Below are positions 10,125 to 19,782 of a stretch of DNA of 64,000 nucleotides, piece by piece. Source of the DNA: an uncultured bacterium (GTDB lineage: Bacteria > Zhuqueibacterota > QNDG01 > DTFT01); contig CAVTNR010000028.1 in assembly GCA_963736115.1 (NCBI GenBank), forward strand, positions 1 to 64,000, written 5' to 3'. The notes beneath the pieces are model-generated. The model was not told where the DNA came from. It saw only the letters and a list, made by a program, of their open reading frames with translations, and ran no database searches. Each line of letters starts with the position of its first letter. Position 1 is the first letter of the stretch. The position numbers and the translations under genes are program-made.

Positions 10125-11372
10125 TTATGGTTTTTCCGCATCGCCGGACGGGATTTTCCCCATCATCCAGTCCCGGGCGATCAGATGTCCGAGTTTGTCC
10201 CGCTTCGTCTGCAGGTAACGGCTGTTGACGGAATTGGGGGTGATTTCGATCGGCACCCGCGCCACGACTTCCAGCCCGTATCCCATCAGGCCGACGATTT
10301 TCTTCGGGTTGTTGGTGAGCAGGCGGATTTTCCGGACGCCCAGGTCGACCAGAATCTGGGCGCCGATGCCGTAATCCCTCAGGTCGGCCGGAAATCCGAG
10401 TTCGATATTGGCCTCGACCGTGTCCTTCCCCTCGTCCTGGAGCTGATAGGCGCGAATTTTATTGCTGAGGCCGATGCCGCGGCCCTCCTGCCGCATGTAC
10501 AGAAAAACCCCCTTTCCCTCCCGGGCGATCTCCGCCAGCGCGCGCTGGAGCTGGTCGCCGCAATCGCACCGCATGGAACCGAACACGTCCCCCGTGAGGC
10601 ATTCCGAATGGACGCGAACAAGAACGGGATCCAACGGGCCGGGTTCACCCTTGACCAGCGCCAGATGATGATGGTCGTCGATGTCGCTCTCGTAGAGATG
10701 GAGGATGAACTCTCCGAAGCGCGTCGGAAACCGGGTGGTGACAATGCGCCGGACCAGTCGGTCGTGAACGCACCGGTAGGCGATGAGATCCCGAATGGTG
10801 CAGACGGCGAGACCGAAACGTTCCGCGGTTTTCTCCAGCGACGGCATGCGGGCCATGGACCCGTCCTCATCCATGATCTCGCAGAGCACGCCGCCCGGGG
10901 TCAACCCGGCCAGGCGTCCGAGGTCCGCGACCGCCTCGGTGTGCCCCGCGCGCGAAAGGACGCCGCCTTCCGCGGCGCGAAGCGGAAAAATGTGACCGGG
11001 CCGGGCCAGGTCGTCCGGTTTCGTGTCCGGTGCGATGAGCGCCCGGACGGTTTCGGCCCGGTCATGGGCGGACACGCCTGTCGTGGTGCCCCGGACCGCG
11101 TCCACGGAGACGGTGAAGGCCGTTCCCCGGATGCTGGTGTTCTCGTTCACCATCGGATCCAGACCGAGCCGGTCGAGACGGTCCGCGGTCAGGGAAACGC
11201 AGATCAGCCCGCGGCCGTGTTTCGCCATGAAGTTGATCTTCTCCGGCGTGATCAGGTCCGCGGCAGCGACGAAATCGCCTTCGTTCTCCCGGTCCTCGTC
11301 ATCGACGATGATCAGTATCTCGCCGCGCCGGAAGCGTTCGATTGCCTCCGGAACCGGGCACGGGACGGTCAT
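10125..11372 (-). CDS. ribBA: Bifunctional DHBP synthase / GTP cyclohydrolase II
   Basis: [40 protein letters not shown]; AAGGAGA RBS. Confidence 0.97.
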   Translation of the reverse strand: MTVPCPVPEAIERFRRGEILIIVDDEDRENEGDFVAAADLITPEKINFMAKHGRGLICVSLTADRLDRLGLDPMVNENTSIRGTAFTVSVDAVRGTTTGVSAHDRAETVRALIAPDTKPDDLARPGHIFPLRAAEGGVLSRAGHTEAVADLGRLAGLTPGGVLCEIMDEDGSMARMPSLEKTAERFGLAVCTIRDLIAYRCVHDRLVRRIVTTRFPTRFGEFILHLYESDIDDHHHLALVKGEPGPLDPVLVRVHSECLTGDVFGSMRCDCGDQLQRALAEIAREGKGVFLYMRQEGRGIGLSNKIRAYQLQDEGKDTVEANIELGFPADLRDYGIGAQILVDLGVRKIRLLTNNPKKIVGLMGYGLEVVARVPIEITPNSVNSRYLQTKRDKLGHLIARDWMMGKIPSGDAEKP

Positions 11373-11469
11373 GTTTCTCCTTTCGGACCCGGCGACCGGG
11401 TCCTGTCTCTTCTCCAGTTCCGCTTTTCGACGGTTTCATGTTTTAGGTATCCGGATTCCGGGGATGGCG

Positions 11470-12099
11470 TCATTCTTCCACCCCCAATTCACTCCGTCCG
11501 ATTTCCGTTTGACGCCGAGACAGAAGACGTTCCGCATATTTGGCGAAAAGATCCGTCTCAACGTTCACCTGGCCGCCCGGTGCCAGTTCTTTCAGCGTCG
11601 TATTTTCGAAGGTGTGCGGAATGACCGACACCGTGATCCGGTCCCGCTCCAGGACGGCCACGGTGAGACTGACGCCGTTCAGTGCGACGGATCCCCGCTC
11701 CGCCAGTTGGCGCATCAGGCCGGACGGAACGCGGACGGTGATCATCCGGCTGTCGCCCTTCGGCCGGACCGATACGACCGACCCGATCCCGTCCACGTGG
11801 CCCTGCACGAGATGACCGCCGAGCCTGTCCCCGAGCGCAAGCGCCCGCTCGAGATTCACACGGTCTCCGGCCCGCAGGCGTCCGAGCGTGGACTGTTTCA
11901 GAGTCTGTGAAACGGCCGTCGCTTCGAAATCGTCACCGGCCGTCTCCGTCGCCGTCAGACAGACGCCGTTCACCGCAATGGAATCTCCCTTCCGCAGTTC
12001 CGGCGCGAGACGCGGCGCCCGAATCCCGATGCGGACGCTGTCTCGGCCGGGCAGAATCCTCCGGACCGTTCCTATTTCTTCGACAAGACCGGTGAACAC
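11470..12099 (-). CDS. ribE: Riboflavin synthase alpha chain
   Basis: N-terminal (M)FTGLVEEIG from GTG 12099, SIAVNGVCLT, VNLERA, GGHLVQGHVD. Confidence 0.96.
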   Translation of the reverse strand: MFTGLVEEIGTVRRILPGRDSVRIGIRAPRLAPELRKGDSIAVNGVCLTATETAGDDFEATAVSQTLKQSTLGRLRAGDRVNLERALALGDRLGGHLVQGHVDGIGSVVSVRPKGDSRMITVRVPSGLMRQLAERGSVALNGVSLTVAVLERDRITVSVIPHTFENTTLKELAPGGQVNVETDLFAKYAERLLSRRQTEIGRSELGVEE

Positions 12100-13199
12100 G
12101 GTCGCTCTCCGATGAACAGAATGTCCTCTCCTGACCGGCGCCAGCCGCAACGCTCAAACCGGATCAGTTGATTCAGACCGGTGATGCCCAGGTCGCCGAG
12201 CACCGGGGTGCCTTCTCCCATGAGGCTGGGCGAAATAAAAATGATCCATCTGTCCGCAAATCCGGCGGACACAGCCGAAGTCCAGGTGTCAGGGCCGCCT
12301 TCCACGAGAATGGAAAGAATTCCCTTTTCAGCGCACCGGTTCAGAATCGACCGGAACCGGAACCGGCCGTCCGGGCCGGTTTTTAAAGTCCATACTTGTA
12401 CGCCGGCTTTGCGAAGGCGCAGACGCCTGTCGGCCGGGGCGCCGGGCCCGGTAATCACGACGGTTCGTTCCGGATCCGCGGCGCGGACCAGCCGGCTTTG
12501 CAGCGGAATCTTCAAGCGGGGATCCAGGACGATGCGGTAGGGCGCGAAACCGGGCCTGCGATTTCCGGCCCGGTTTCGGACCGTCAGTTCCGGGTCGTCC
12601 CGGAGCACTGTGCAGACACCAACCAGAATGGCATCCTGTTCCGCGCGCAGACGGTGAACCCAGCCCCTGGAACCGGAACCGCTGATCCAGCGGGATTCCC
12701 CGCCGGCTGTCGCCACTCTTCCGTCCAATGTCTGGGCCGCTTTCAGTGTGACAAAAGGACGGCCGTGTTGCATGAAATGAAAAAAAGATTCATTGAGATT
12801 ACGGCATTCCGGCTCCATGACACCCTCGGTCACCGCAATCCCGGATTTCCGCAATGACCGGATACCCCGTCCGTTGACCAGGGGATTCGGGTCCGTACAG
12901 CCGACAACGACGTTTCGAATGCCGGAACGGATGATGGCTTCCGTACAGGGCGGTGTTTTCCCGTAATGGCTGCAGGGTTCCAGGTTGACATACAGCGTGC
13001 AGTCCGGAAGCAGGCTGGAATCGGCTGTTGCCAGTGCATTGACCTCTGCGTGAGGTCCCCCGTATTTTTCGTGAAATCCTTCGGATATGATTTTTCCCCG
13101 CCGCACCAGTACGCATCCGACAGCAGGATTCGGATGCACCTTCCCAACCCCGCGTCTGGCGAGCCGAAGAACACGTCTCATGAAATATGCATTATCCAT
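12072..13199 (-). CDS. ribD: Bifunctional diaminohydroxyphosphoribosylaminopyrimidine deaminase / reductase
   Basis: HAE and LEPCSHYGKTPPC deaminase motifs, reductase domain with LVEGG. Confidence 0.97.
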   Translation of the reverse strand: MDNAYFMRRVLRLARRGVGKVHPNPAVGCVLVRRGKIISEGFHEKYGGPHAEVNALATADSSLLPDCTLYVNLEPCSHYGKTPPCTEAIIRSGIRNVVVGCTDPNPLVNGRGIRSLRKSGIAVTEGVMEPECRNLNESFFHFMQHGRPFVTLKAAQTLDGRVATAGGESRWISGSGSRGWVHRLRAEQDAILVGVCTVLRDDPELTVRNRAGNRRPGFAPYRIVLDPRLKIPLQSRLVRAADPERTVVITGPGAPADRRLRLRKAGVQVWTLKTGPDGRFRFRSILNRCAEKGILSILVEGGPDTWTSAVSAGFADRWIIFISPSLMGEGTPVLGDLGITGLNQLIRFERCGWRRSGEDILFIGERPCSPVLSKK

Positions 13200-13201
13200 A
13201 T

Positions 13202-13234
13202 AAAAAACAGCCCTAAAAGTATCCTTTCAGGGCT
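13202..13234 (-). terminator. Intrinsic terminator, expression platform of the FMN riboswitch
   Basis: Minus strand AGCCCTGAAAG-GATA-CTTTTAGGGCT then GTTTTTT, between the aptamer and the ribD ATG. Confidence 0.85.
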
Positions 13235-13268
13235 CGTGATGCTCGCTTCAGACCGCTGACTCTCGCCA

Positions 13269-13394
13269 TCCTCTTTCATCCGGACTTTAACCGTCGGCAC
13301 CAGAGTTACACTGGTTCAGAGCGAAAAAATACTACTTTCTCGCGCGCGTGGGCTCTCACCACCGGTCAGGAATTACGCCTTGCCCTGAAGAAGA
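13269..13394 (-). promoter_or_regulatory. FMN riboswitch (RFN element)
   Basis: Minus strand TCTTCTTCAGGGCAAGGCGTAATTCCTGACCGGTGGT..AGCCCACG..GAACCAGTGTAACTCTGGTGCCGACGGTTAAAGTCCGGATGAAAGAGGA matches the RFN consensus; directly upstream of ribD. Confidence 0.95.
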
Positions 13395-13401
13395 CTGGAT
13401 C

Positions 13402-13430
13402 AATGTAAATAAATTGAATTTATCAGTCAA
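13402..13430 (-). promoter_or_regulatory. Sigma70-type promoter of the rib operon
   Basis: TTGACT-17 nt-TACATT on the minus strand, ending 7 nt before the riboswitch. Confidence 0.7.
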
Positions 13431-13459
13431 GCTTTATTTTCCGTAAATCAGGCTGTTTT

Positions 13460-13505
13460 TCACTATGGATAGTAAATATTCGACCATCACCACTATATAT
13501 GGCCA
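13460..13505. promoter_or_regulatory. Tandem NrdR-box-like sites
   Basis: tCACTATGGATAGTaa (13460-13475) and cCACTATATATGGcca (13490-13505) resemble acaCwAtATaTwGtgt, 30 bp apart, upstream of the RNR gene. Confidence 0.65.
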
Positions 13506-13522
13506 AATTTTGCAATTTTCCC

Positions 13523-13550
13523 TTGACTTTCTCGCATCGAATCGTATATT
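13523..13550 (+). promoter_or_regulatory. Sigma70-type promoter of nrdJ
   Basis: TTGACT (13523-13528), 16 nt spacer, TATATT (13545-13550). Confidence 0.6.
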
Positions 13551-13607
13551 TCAGCATCGATCCGGATTTTCCCCTAACCGCAATACCCAAATCAAAGAGA
13601 ATCAACC

Positions 13608-16070
13608 ATGGCTCAATTTCCACGGGAGACAAGGAAGAATGTTGCTTTCTTCCTGGAGGACGATCTTTTCGGCAAGGATGAAAACGGAAAGAAATCAGCC
13701 CAGGACGAATCGGCTGATCTGCGCCGCATCACCGAGAACCTCGCCCCTCTCAATGACGAATCCCTGAATGAGCCGGAACCGATGGAAGAACCGGTACGCA
13801 TTCCGGACGCGATTCCGCTGACTGAAAACGCGCGTACCGTTCTCCGGAAGCGATACCTGAAAAAGGACTCGAACGGCAACGTGCTGGAAACGCCCGAAGA
13901 CATGTTCCGCCGCGTTGCGCGCTTCATCGCCTCCGCGGACCAGATTTACGATCCCGAGGCGGACTGGACCGCGACGGAGAACCGTTTTTACGCGATGATG
14001 GCCAACCTGGAATTCATGCCCAATTCCCCGACCCTGATGAACGCGGGCCGCGAGCTGCAGCAGCTGTCGGCCTGCTTCGTCCTCCCGATCGAGGACTCCA
14101 TGGAGTCCATTTTCGACGCCGTGAAGAACACGGCCCTCATCCACAAATCGGGCGGCGGCACCGGCTTTTCATTCTCCCGCATCCGTCCCAAAAACGACAT
14201 CGTCTGCTCGACCAAGGGCATCGCGTCCGGACCCATCTCCTTCATGCATGTCTTCGACGAAGCGACGGAGACGGTCAAACAGGGCGGCACCCGCCGCGGC
14301 GCGAACATGGCGATTCTCCGCGTCGATCATCCCGACATCCTGGATTTTATCGAGGCCAAGGAGGATGACGACAAACTGAACAACTTCAACATTTCAGTCG
14401 CCCTGACCGAGACGTTCTGGAAAGCGCTCGAAAGCGACGGGGAATACGACCTCGTCAATCCGCATGACCGGCAGAAGGCCGGATCACTCCGGGCCCGGGA
14501 TGTGTATGACCGCATCATCCGCCATGCCTGGGAGAATGGCGAGCCCGGCGTCATCTTCATCGACCGGATCAACCGCGACAATCCCACACCCCCGCTCGGC
14601 GAGATCGAGTCGACCAATCCGTGCGGCGAACAGCCGCTTCTCCCCTACGAATCGTGCAACCTCGGGTCGATCAATCTCGCCGTCATGACGCGACAGTCGG
14701 ACGGCGTCGCGGAAGTGGATTTCGAGAAACTCCGCCGGACAGTCCGTACGGCGGTGCATTTTCTCGACAACGTGATCGACATGAACAAATTCCCGCTCCC
14801 CCAGATCGAGAAGATGACGAAATCCACCCGCAAGATTGGCCTGGGCGTCATGGGTTTCGCCGATCTTCTTTTTGATCTCGACATCCCCTACAATTCGAAC
14901 GAGGCCATTGACCTGGCCGTCCAGATCATGAAATTCATCGCGGAGGAATCCCGGACCCAGTCCCGCGAACTCGCGTCCAGGCGCGGCGCGTTTCCGGCTT
15001 TTCCGAAAAGCGTGTACGCGGAGCGCGGGGAGCCGCCGATCCGCAATGCCACGCGGACGACGATCGCCCCCACCGGTACCATCAGCATCATCGCGGGCTG
15101 TTCGAGCGGCGTCGAACCGCTGTTCGCGCTTTCCTTCACCCGGCACGTCATGGACGACAACCAGCTGCCGGAAGTGGTCCCCTCGTTCCTCGAGCGGCTG
15201 CGCCGCGAAAACCTGTACACCGAGGCGCTCGCAAAGACCATAGCGGAAAAGGGATCGCTGGAAGGAATAGAGGAGATACCGGACCGGCTGAAGCGGATTT
15301 TCGTGACGGCGCACGAAGTCTCCCCTGAATGGCATATCCGCATGCAGGCCGCCTTCCAGAGCTGCACCGACAATGCCGTATCCAAGACCGTGAATTTCGC
15401 CAACTCCGCAACGGTGGAGGACGTCAGCAAGGTGTACCGGATCGCCCATGACCTGGGATGCAAGGGCGTGACGATTTACCGGGACGGCAGCCGGGAGAAA
15501 CAGGTTCTGAGCAAGGGCACATTAAAAAAGTCAAAAGAAGCCTCGGCCGAGGCCGAGGCCGCCCCTGAAACCGGCCCGAAGCCGCGGCCCCGGGTGCTAC
15601 GCGGGTTCACCACCAAACTCAACACCGGACAGGGATCCCTCTATATCACGATCAACAATGACGGATCGGATTCGCCCATCGAAGTGTTCGCGAACATCGG
15701 CAAGAGCGGCGGAGACACAGCGGCGCTTTCCGAGGCCATCGGCCGTCTCATTTCCATCGCCCTGCAGAAAGGCGTGGCCGTCGAGGAGCTGGCGCAGACC
15801 CTGACCGGCATCACGGGATCCCGGCCCGTCTGGAACGAAGGCATGCTGATTAAATCCGTTCCCGACGGCATCGGTCAGATCCTGATGCATGAATTCGGCA
15901 GAAAAAAACCGGAAGAGAAAATCATCAAACCGGATCCGGCTGTCGAGAAACCCCTGAGCATCGCGCTGGCCGAGCATACCGGCCCCGAGTGTCCGGAATG
16001 CGGCGGTTCCCTGCGGGCCGAGGGTGGATGCACCATCTGCGTCAGCTGCGGATATTCGCACTGCGGCTGA
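13608..16070 (+). CDS. nrdJ: Adenosylcobalamin-dependent (class II) ribonucleotide reductase with C-terminal TSCPD domain and Zn ribbon
   Basis: PNSPTLMNAG, SACF, GGTRRGANM, TNPCGEQPL..SCNLGS, TTIAPTGT, YRDGSR; C-terminal SVPD and CPECG..CTICVSCGYSHC. No beta-subunit gene adjacent. Exact start uncertain. Confidence 0.93.
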   Translation: MAQFPRETRKNVAFFLEDDLFGKDENGKKSAQDESADLRRITENLAPLNDESLNEPEPMEEPVRIPDAIPLTENARTVLRKRYLKKDSNGNVLETPEDMFRRVARFIASADQIYDPEADWTATENRFYAMMANLEFMPNSPTLMNAGRELQQLSACFVLPIEDSMESIFDAVKNTALIHKSGGGTGFSFSRIRPKNDIVCSTKGIASGPISFMHVFDEATETVKQGGTRRGANMAILRVDHPDILDFIEAKEDDDKLNNFNISVALTETFWKALESDGEYDLVNPHDRQKAGSLRARDVYDRIIRHAWENGEPGVIFIDRINRDNPTPPLGEIESTNPCGEQPLLPYESCNLGSINLAVMTRQSDGVAEVDFEKLRRTVRTAVHFLDNVIDMNKFPLPQIEKMTKSTRKIGLGVMGFADLLFDLDIPYNSNEAIDLAVQIMKFIAEESRTQSRELASRRGAFPAFPKSVYAERGEPPIRNATRTTIAPTGTISIIAGCSSGVEPLFALSFTRHVMDDNQLPEVVPSFLERLRRENLYTEALAKTIAEKGSLEGIEEIPDRLKRIFVTAHEVSPEWHIRMQAAFQSCTDNAVSKTVNFANSATVEDVSKVYRIAHDLGCKGVTIYRDGSREKQVLSKGTLKKSKEASAEAEAAPETGPKPRPRVLRGFTTKLNTGQGSLYITINNDGSDSPIEVFANIGKSGGDTAALSEAIGRLISIALQKGVAVEELAQTLTGITGSRPVWNEGMLIKSVPDGIGQILMHEFGRKKPEEKIIKPDPAVEKPLSIALAEHTGPECPECGGSLRAEGGCTICVSCGYSHCG

Positions 16071-16078
16071 CCTGAACC

Positions 16079-16897
16079 ATGGACAACGCCGACTCCGAAG
16101 AGAACCGCAGACTGGGCGACGCCTGGTCCGGATGGACGGGATCTCCGGACCCTGACGCGAATGCGCCGGACACACGTTCTCCCAAGAGACTGTTCCTGTC
16201 TTCCGCGCTGTTCCTGCTCGTCGCAGCCGGCCTGGCATGCCTGGCCGGCTTTTATTTGCTTTCGCCGCGGCTTCGAACCTGGGGACCAGTCTGGGTCACG
16301 CTCTTCGCATGCGCGCTGGCCGCGGCATGGGGAACGGGCGCGCTGCTTTTCGCCGGTCTTGTCGCGACCCTGTCCGTCAAACCGGATTCCCGTCTCTGGC
16401 GGCTTTTCCCGCGGAATCTTCCACGCTTATTTTTCCGTCCTTCCATCCGCTTCTTTTCGCGGCTGATCGGCGGCAACGCCGACCGTCTCGCCCACTCCTA
16501 CATTCGGGTTCATAATGCCTGGGAGGAAAGAGCCTCCGCTCCGGTGACCGCGAACCGTATCCTTGTTCTCCTTCCACGCTGCCTGTCCAGACTCCAGATG
16601 GATCAGATGAAAGAACTGTGCCGGTCCGCGGGCGTGACCGCTGTTGTCGTATCCGGAGGGGAAGCGGCCAGAGCGGCCGTGCGGGAAACACGGCCTGCGG
16701 CCGTGATCGGTGTGGCATGCGAGCGGGATCTGCTTTCGGGGATACGCGACCTGCACCCGCGGATTTCCGTCATCGGCCTGCCCAATGTGCGGCCTGAGGG
16801 CCCCTGCCGGAACACGCAGGCTGATGCCGGGGAACTCGGCCGCGTGCTCAGCCGGATGACACGGCAATCCGGATCCGTGCCAGGAACACCCGTGTGA
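16079..16897 (+). CDS. DUF116 domain membrane-anchored protein
   Basis: Two N-terminal hydrophobic helices, then LVLLPRCL, IGVACERDLLSG and PNVRPEGPCRNT motifs typical of DUF116. Confidence 0.8.
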   Translation: MDNADSEENRRLGDAWSGWTGSPDPDANAPDTRSPKRLFLSSALFLLVAAGLACLAGFYLLSPRLRTWGPVWVTLFACALAAAWGTGALLFAGLVATLSVKPDSRLWRLFPRNLPRLFFRPSIRFFSRLIGGNADRLAHSYIRVHNAWEERASAPVTANRILVLLPRCLSRLQMDQMKELCRSAGVTAVVVSGGEAARAAVRETRPAAVIGVACERDLLSGIRDLHPRISVIGLPNVRPEGPCRNTQADAGELGRVLSRMTRQSGSVPGTPV

Positions 16898-17381
16898 TGA
16901 CGGCCACCAGAGTCCCGGCTCCGACGGACACAAAGAAAAACAGGGGCAGAACCGACCAGACGTCCAGGTCGGCCACATAGAGCAGGGATGCGACCGCGAT
17001 CTGGGCCGCGTTTTTGACGAAAGCGCCGAGAATGCTCAATCCGGCCAGTCCGAACAGCCGCGGCGCCAGCCTGTAAACTCCGGCTACGGCCAACATGGAG
17101 AGCACGCCGCCTGTTGCGGAGAAGACGAAGGAAGGCTGAAACAGGGAGCCGGTGAGAAATCCGGCGACCAGCACGCGCAGCACAGCCACCGCTAGAGCGG
17201 CACCGGCGCCGCTGCGGATCAGCAGCGCGAGCGGTATGACATTGGCCAGGCCCAGCCTGAAAAAAGGCAGCGGCAGTCCGACCGCTTCCTCCACTGTGAA
17301 CAGCACGGAGGCAATGCCGGTCCAGAGGGCCAAGTCGGCAATTCTGTGAGACCGGGACGGTTTTGCGGTTTGGTTTTCCAT
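16848..17381 (-). CDS. Gx transporter / heptaprenyl diphosphate synthase component I family membrane protein (EetB-like)
   Basis: Highly hydrophobic; LPLPFFRLGLANVI and GLSILGAFVKNAAQ motifs. Start ATG 17381 or GTG 17411. Confidence 0.8.
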   Translation of the reverse strand: MENQTAKPSRSHRIADLALWTGIASVLFTVEEAVGLPLPFFRLGLANVIPLALLIRSGAGAALAVAVLRVLVAGFLTGSLFQPSFVFSATGGVLSMLAVAGVYRLAPRLFGLAGLSILGAFVKNAAQIAVASLLYVADLDVWSVLPLFFFVSVGAGTLVAVITRVFLARIRIAVSSG

Positions 17382-17398
17382 GCCGGAGCACACTCTCT

Positions 17399-17800
17399 TC
17401 AAGGCGTCCACCCGTCCACCTCTGGACCGGTCCCATCCGCGCCTTCCACGGTCACGGTCACCCGGTTCGGGATGCAGATGAGCATGCGGCCGGCGTTCCG
17501 GATTTCCCCCTGATGCATGCAGTTTTTCCCGGGGCAGGGCGACCGGATGATACGGATCCCTCCGTTCAATACGCCGATTTCCGTTTCCCCGATGAAACCA
17601 CCTACGGTCAGAACCGTGTCCGCTCCAAGAGGATGCGTCATTTTCAGGCTTCCGTCCACGGAAATCCGTATTCGGCTGCCCCTCAATCCCGTTCTTTCAG
17701 GCCGGAATCCCGCGAAAACCGCGATGCCGATCAGGATGACGAGAAGGCCGTCCGCCGGACGGAAAACAGGAATTGGGGTTTGAACGGAAGATCGTTTCAA
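17399..17800 (-). CDS. NusG domain II-like (DUF1312) membrane-anchored protein (EetA-like)
   Basis: N-terminal TM helix and SPCPGKNCMHQG..ICIPNRV motif; TTG start overlaps the upstream stop. Confidence 0.82.
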   Translation of the reverse strand: MKRSSVQTPIPVFRPADGLLVILIGIAVFAGFRPERTGLRGSRIRISVDGSLKMTHPLGADTVLTVGGFIGETEIGVLNGGIRIIRSPCPGKNCMHQGEIRNAGRMLICIPNRVTVTVEGADGTGPEVDGWTP

Positions 17801-18850
17801 GAGAGGAGACGTCTGATGGATTCGAGAACCCGATCTGGCTTGATCCGGTTCATGCAGAGTGTGTCACATTGACTGCGGAAACAATTCTGACAGCCCAGGC
17901 CGGGCTCAAGAATTTCCCCGCGGCCATATAGTTCGAATTCTTTGGAATTAAAAATGTTGTTGAAAAGCACTACTTTTTTACCCAGACCTATGGCAATATG
18001 AAGGCCCATCGTGACACTGGTCACCACCAGATCACATTCATTCATCAGTGAAATAAATGTCTTAAGGTCAAAATGCCCTAAATAACGTGCCTTCGATAGT
18101 TGCGCGATCCTTTTATTCTTTGCGTCTTCCTGTAAACCACCCAGAAGAAGGGGCGTATATCCGCTTCTTTTGAGCCCCCGGGCCAGGTTCACCCAGAAGG
18201 CTTCAGGCCACAGACGCGTGGTCCATCTTCCCCCGCAACCGGTATTGAGCCCAATAATGCCTTTTCGCTTTGGAATGCGCCATTTTCCGGGTTCCGGCCG
18301 AGGAAGCAGGTATTCCTCTCCGCTGAATTTAAAGCCTGAAATTTCAAATATCTCCCTGGGATAACTCTTCGTGTTCTTCCTGTTTTCATCATCGAAAAGT
18401 CCTGTCAGCCATTTCTGCCTGGAAGCTTTTTCCAGGGGCCTGCAGGATGAACCGGTCCACCCGAAGCCTCTTTTCTTTCCGGCGTGTATTTTTTCCGCCA
18501 GGCAGCAGGCCTCAGCATCCTTGTCCAAATTGATCAGAAGCTCGTATTTCGTGGATTTCAGTATTTCGATATGCTCGGATGTAAACCGGAAAATCCGGTC
18601 CACTTCAGCCGGCAATATTTCCGGCGTATGGGTGAGCCAGTGAATGTGACGGGACGGCAGAGTCTCTCTCAGAACCCGGATCAGGGGCGTTGTCCGTATC
18701 ACGTCGCCTATGGCTCCGAGCTTGATGATGAGAATTCTGCCCTTCACCCGCTCGTATTCTGGGACATCCGTCACAATGGACGCCTTCCTCTTTATGAGGC
18801 CGACAGGGACGGTCCCCCAAATAATGCCTGCAATCCGTGTGTACGATCAT
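17797..18850 (-). CDS. Glycosyltransferase family 9 protein, one apparent frameshift near 18762
   Basis: ILIIKLGAIGDVIRTTP and VTMGLHIA GT9 motifs in 17797..18774. The Cys-rich N-terminus MIVHTDCRHYLGDRPCRPHKEEGVHCDGCP starts at ATG 18850 (overlapping the ptb stop) in another frame and joins after removing one base. Confidence 0.85.
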
Positions 18851-19782
18851 GATATCCGTTGTCCACTCATTTTTTCACGGACAATGCCCGCAAGGGCGAG
18901 GGAGTGGAGCCAGGTTGACGCGTGTTCGGCTCTTGAGATGAGAACGATGGGGAGCCGGGCGCCGACCACCAGTCCGCTGATGCGGGCATGGGCGAGGTAA
19001 ACCAGTCCTTTTGCGAATATATTGCCGCTGGCAATGTCCGGAACCAGTACGATATCCGGTTTTCCTGCGATGCGGCTGCGGAATCCTTTGATGCGGGCGG
19101 CCTCGGCCGAAAAAGCCATATCCACGGCCAGGGGCCCTTCGACAACGGCATCGCCGAAAACGCCTCGCGCTGCCATGCGGACCAGTTCCACTGCGTCAGT
19201 CGTCTCGGGCATGTGCGGACTGACTTTTTCATTGGCCGCAAGAAGGGCGATGCGCGGCTTCCGGATCCCCATCGCGGATGTGAACGCAATCGCATTCTTG
19301 AGAATGAGAACCTTCTGTTCGAGCGTCGGACGGATCACCATGCCGCTGTCCGTGACCGCAAAGGGTTTGGCCGCGGCCGGGACCTCCATCCAGGCGATAT
19401 GACTGAGAAGCCCGCCCGTGCGCAGTCCGAAACGGGGATCCAGGACCGCTTTCAGAAGAACGGGCGTGGAGATGTTGCCTTTCATGATGAGGTCCGCCTC
19501 GTTCCGGGACGCCATTTCAGCAGCGGTTTCGGCGATGGCCGGATCTTCCGGCCGGTCAATGATCGGGAATTCCGACAGATCGATCTTCAGACGCCGGGAC
19601 AGGTTTCGGATCGCAGGTGCCGGACCGATTAAGACAGGGCGGATCAGGCCGAGGCCCGCCGCTTCCGCAACGGCTCTCAAGACCTCCGGTCCGGCCGCTC
19701 CGGCCACGAGGGTCGTGGCCGGACCTTTTTTCCGGGCCCGGTTTATCATCTCACGGTCCCGGGCGGCGATCCGTTTCATCAA
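18847..19782 (-). CDS. ptb: Phosphate butyryltransferase / phosphate acyltransferase
   Basis: DLIMKG, LLSH, EGPLAVD, PDIASGN, VLISRA PTA_PTB motifs. Confidence 0.88.
   Translation of the reverse strand: MMKRIAARDREMINRARKKGPATTLVAGAAGPEVLRAVAEAAGLGLIRPVLIGPAPAIRNLSRRLKIDLSEFPIIDRPEDPAIAETAAEMASRNEADLIMKGNISTPVLLKAVLDPRFGLRTGGLLSHIAWMEVPAAAKPFAVTDSGMVIRPTLEQKVLILKNAIAFTSAMGIRKPRIALLAANEKVSPHMPETTDAVELVRMAARGVFGDAVVEGPLAVDMAFSAEAARIKGFRSRIAGKPDIVLVPDIASGNIFAKGLVYLAHARISGLVVGARLPIVLISRAEHASTWLHSLALAGIVREKMSGQRIS

Noticed and set aside
11385-11403. Hairpin GGACCCGG-CGA-CCGGGTCC just upstream of the ribBA RBS
   Set aside because: No U tract and does not cover the RBS; at most an mRNA-stabilising stem.
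13395-13607. Cobalamin riboswitch upstream of the B12-dependent RNR
   Set aside because: No B12-box; the region is accounted for by two promoters and NrdR-like boxes.
1022-16070. Inteins or introns in dnaE and nrdJ
   Set aside because: Normal lengths, continuous motifs, no intein splice signatures noticed.
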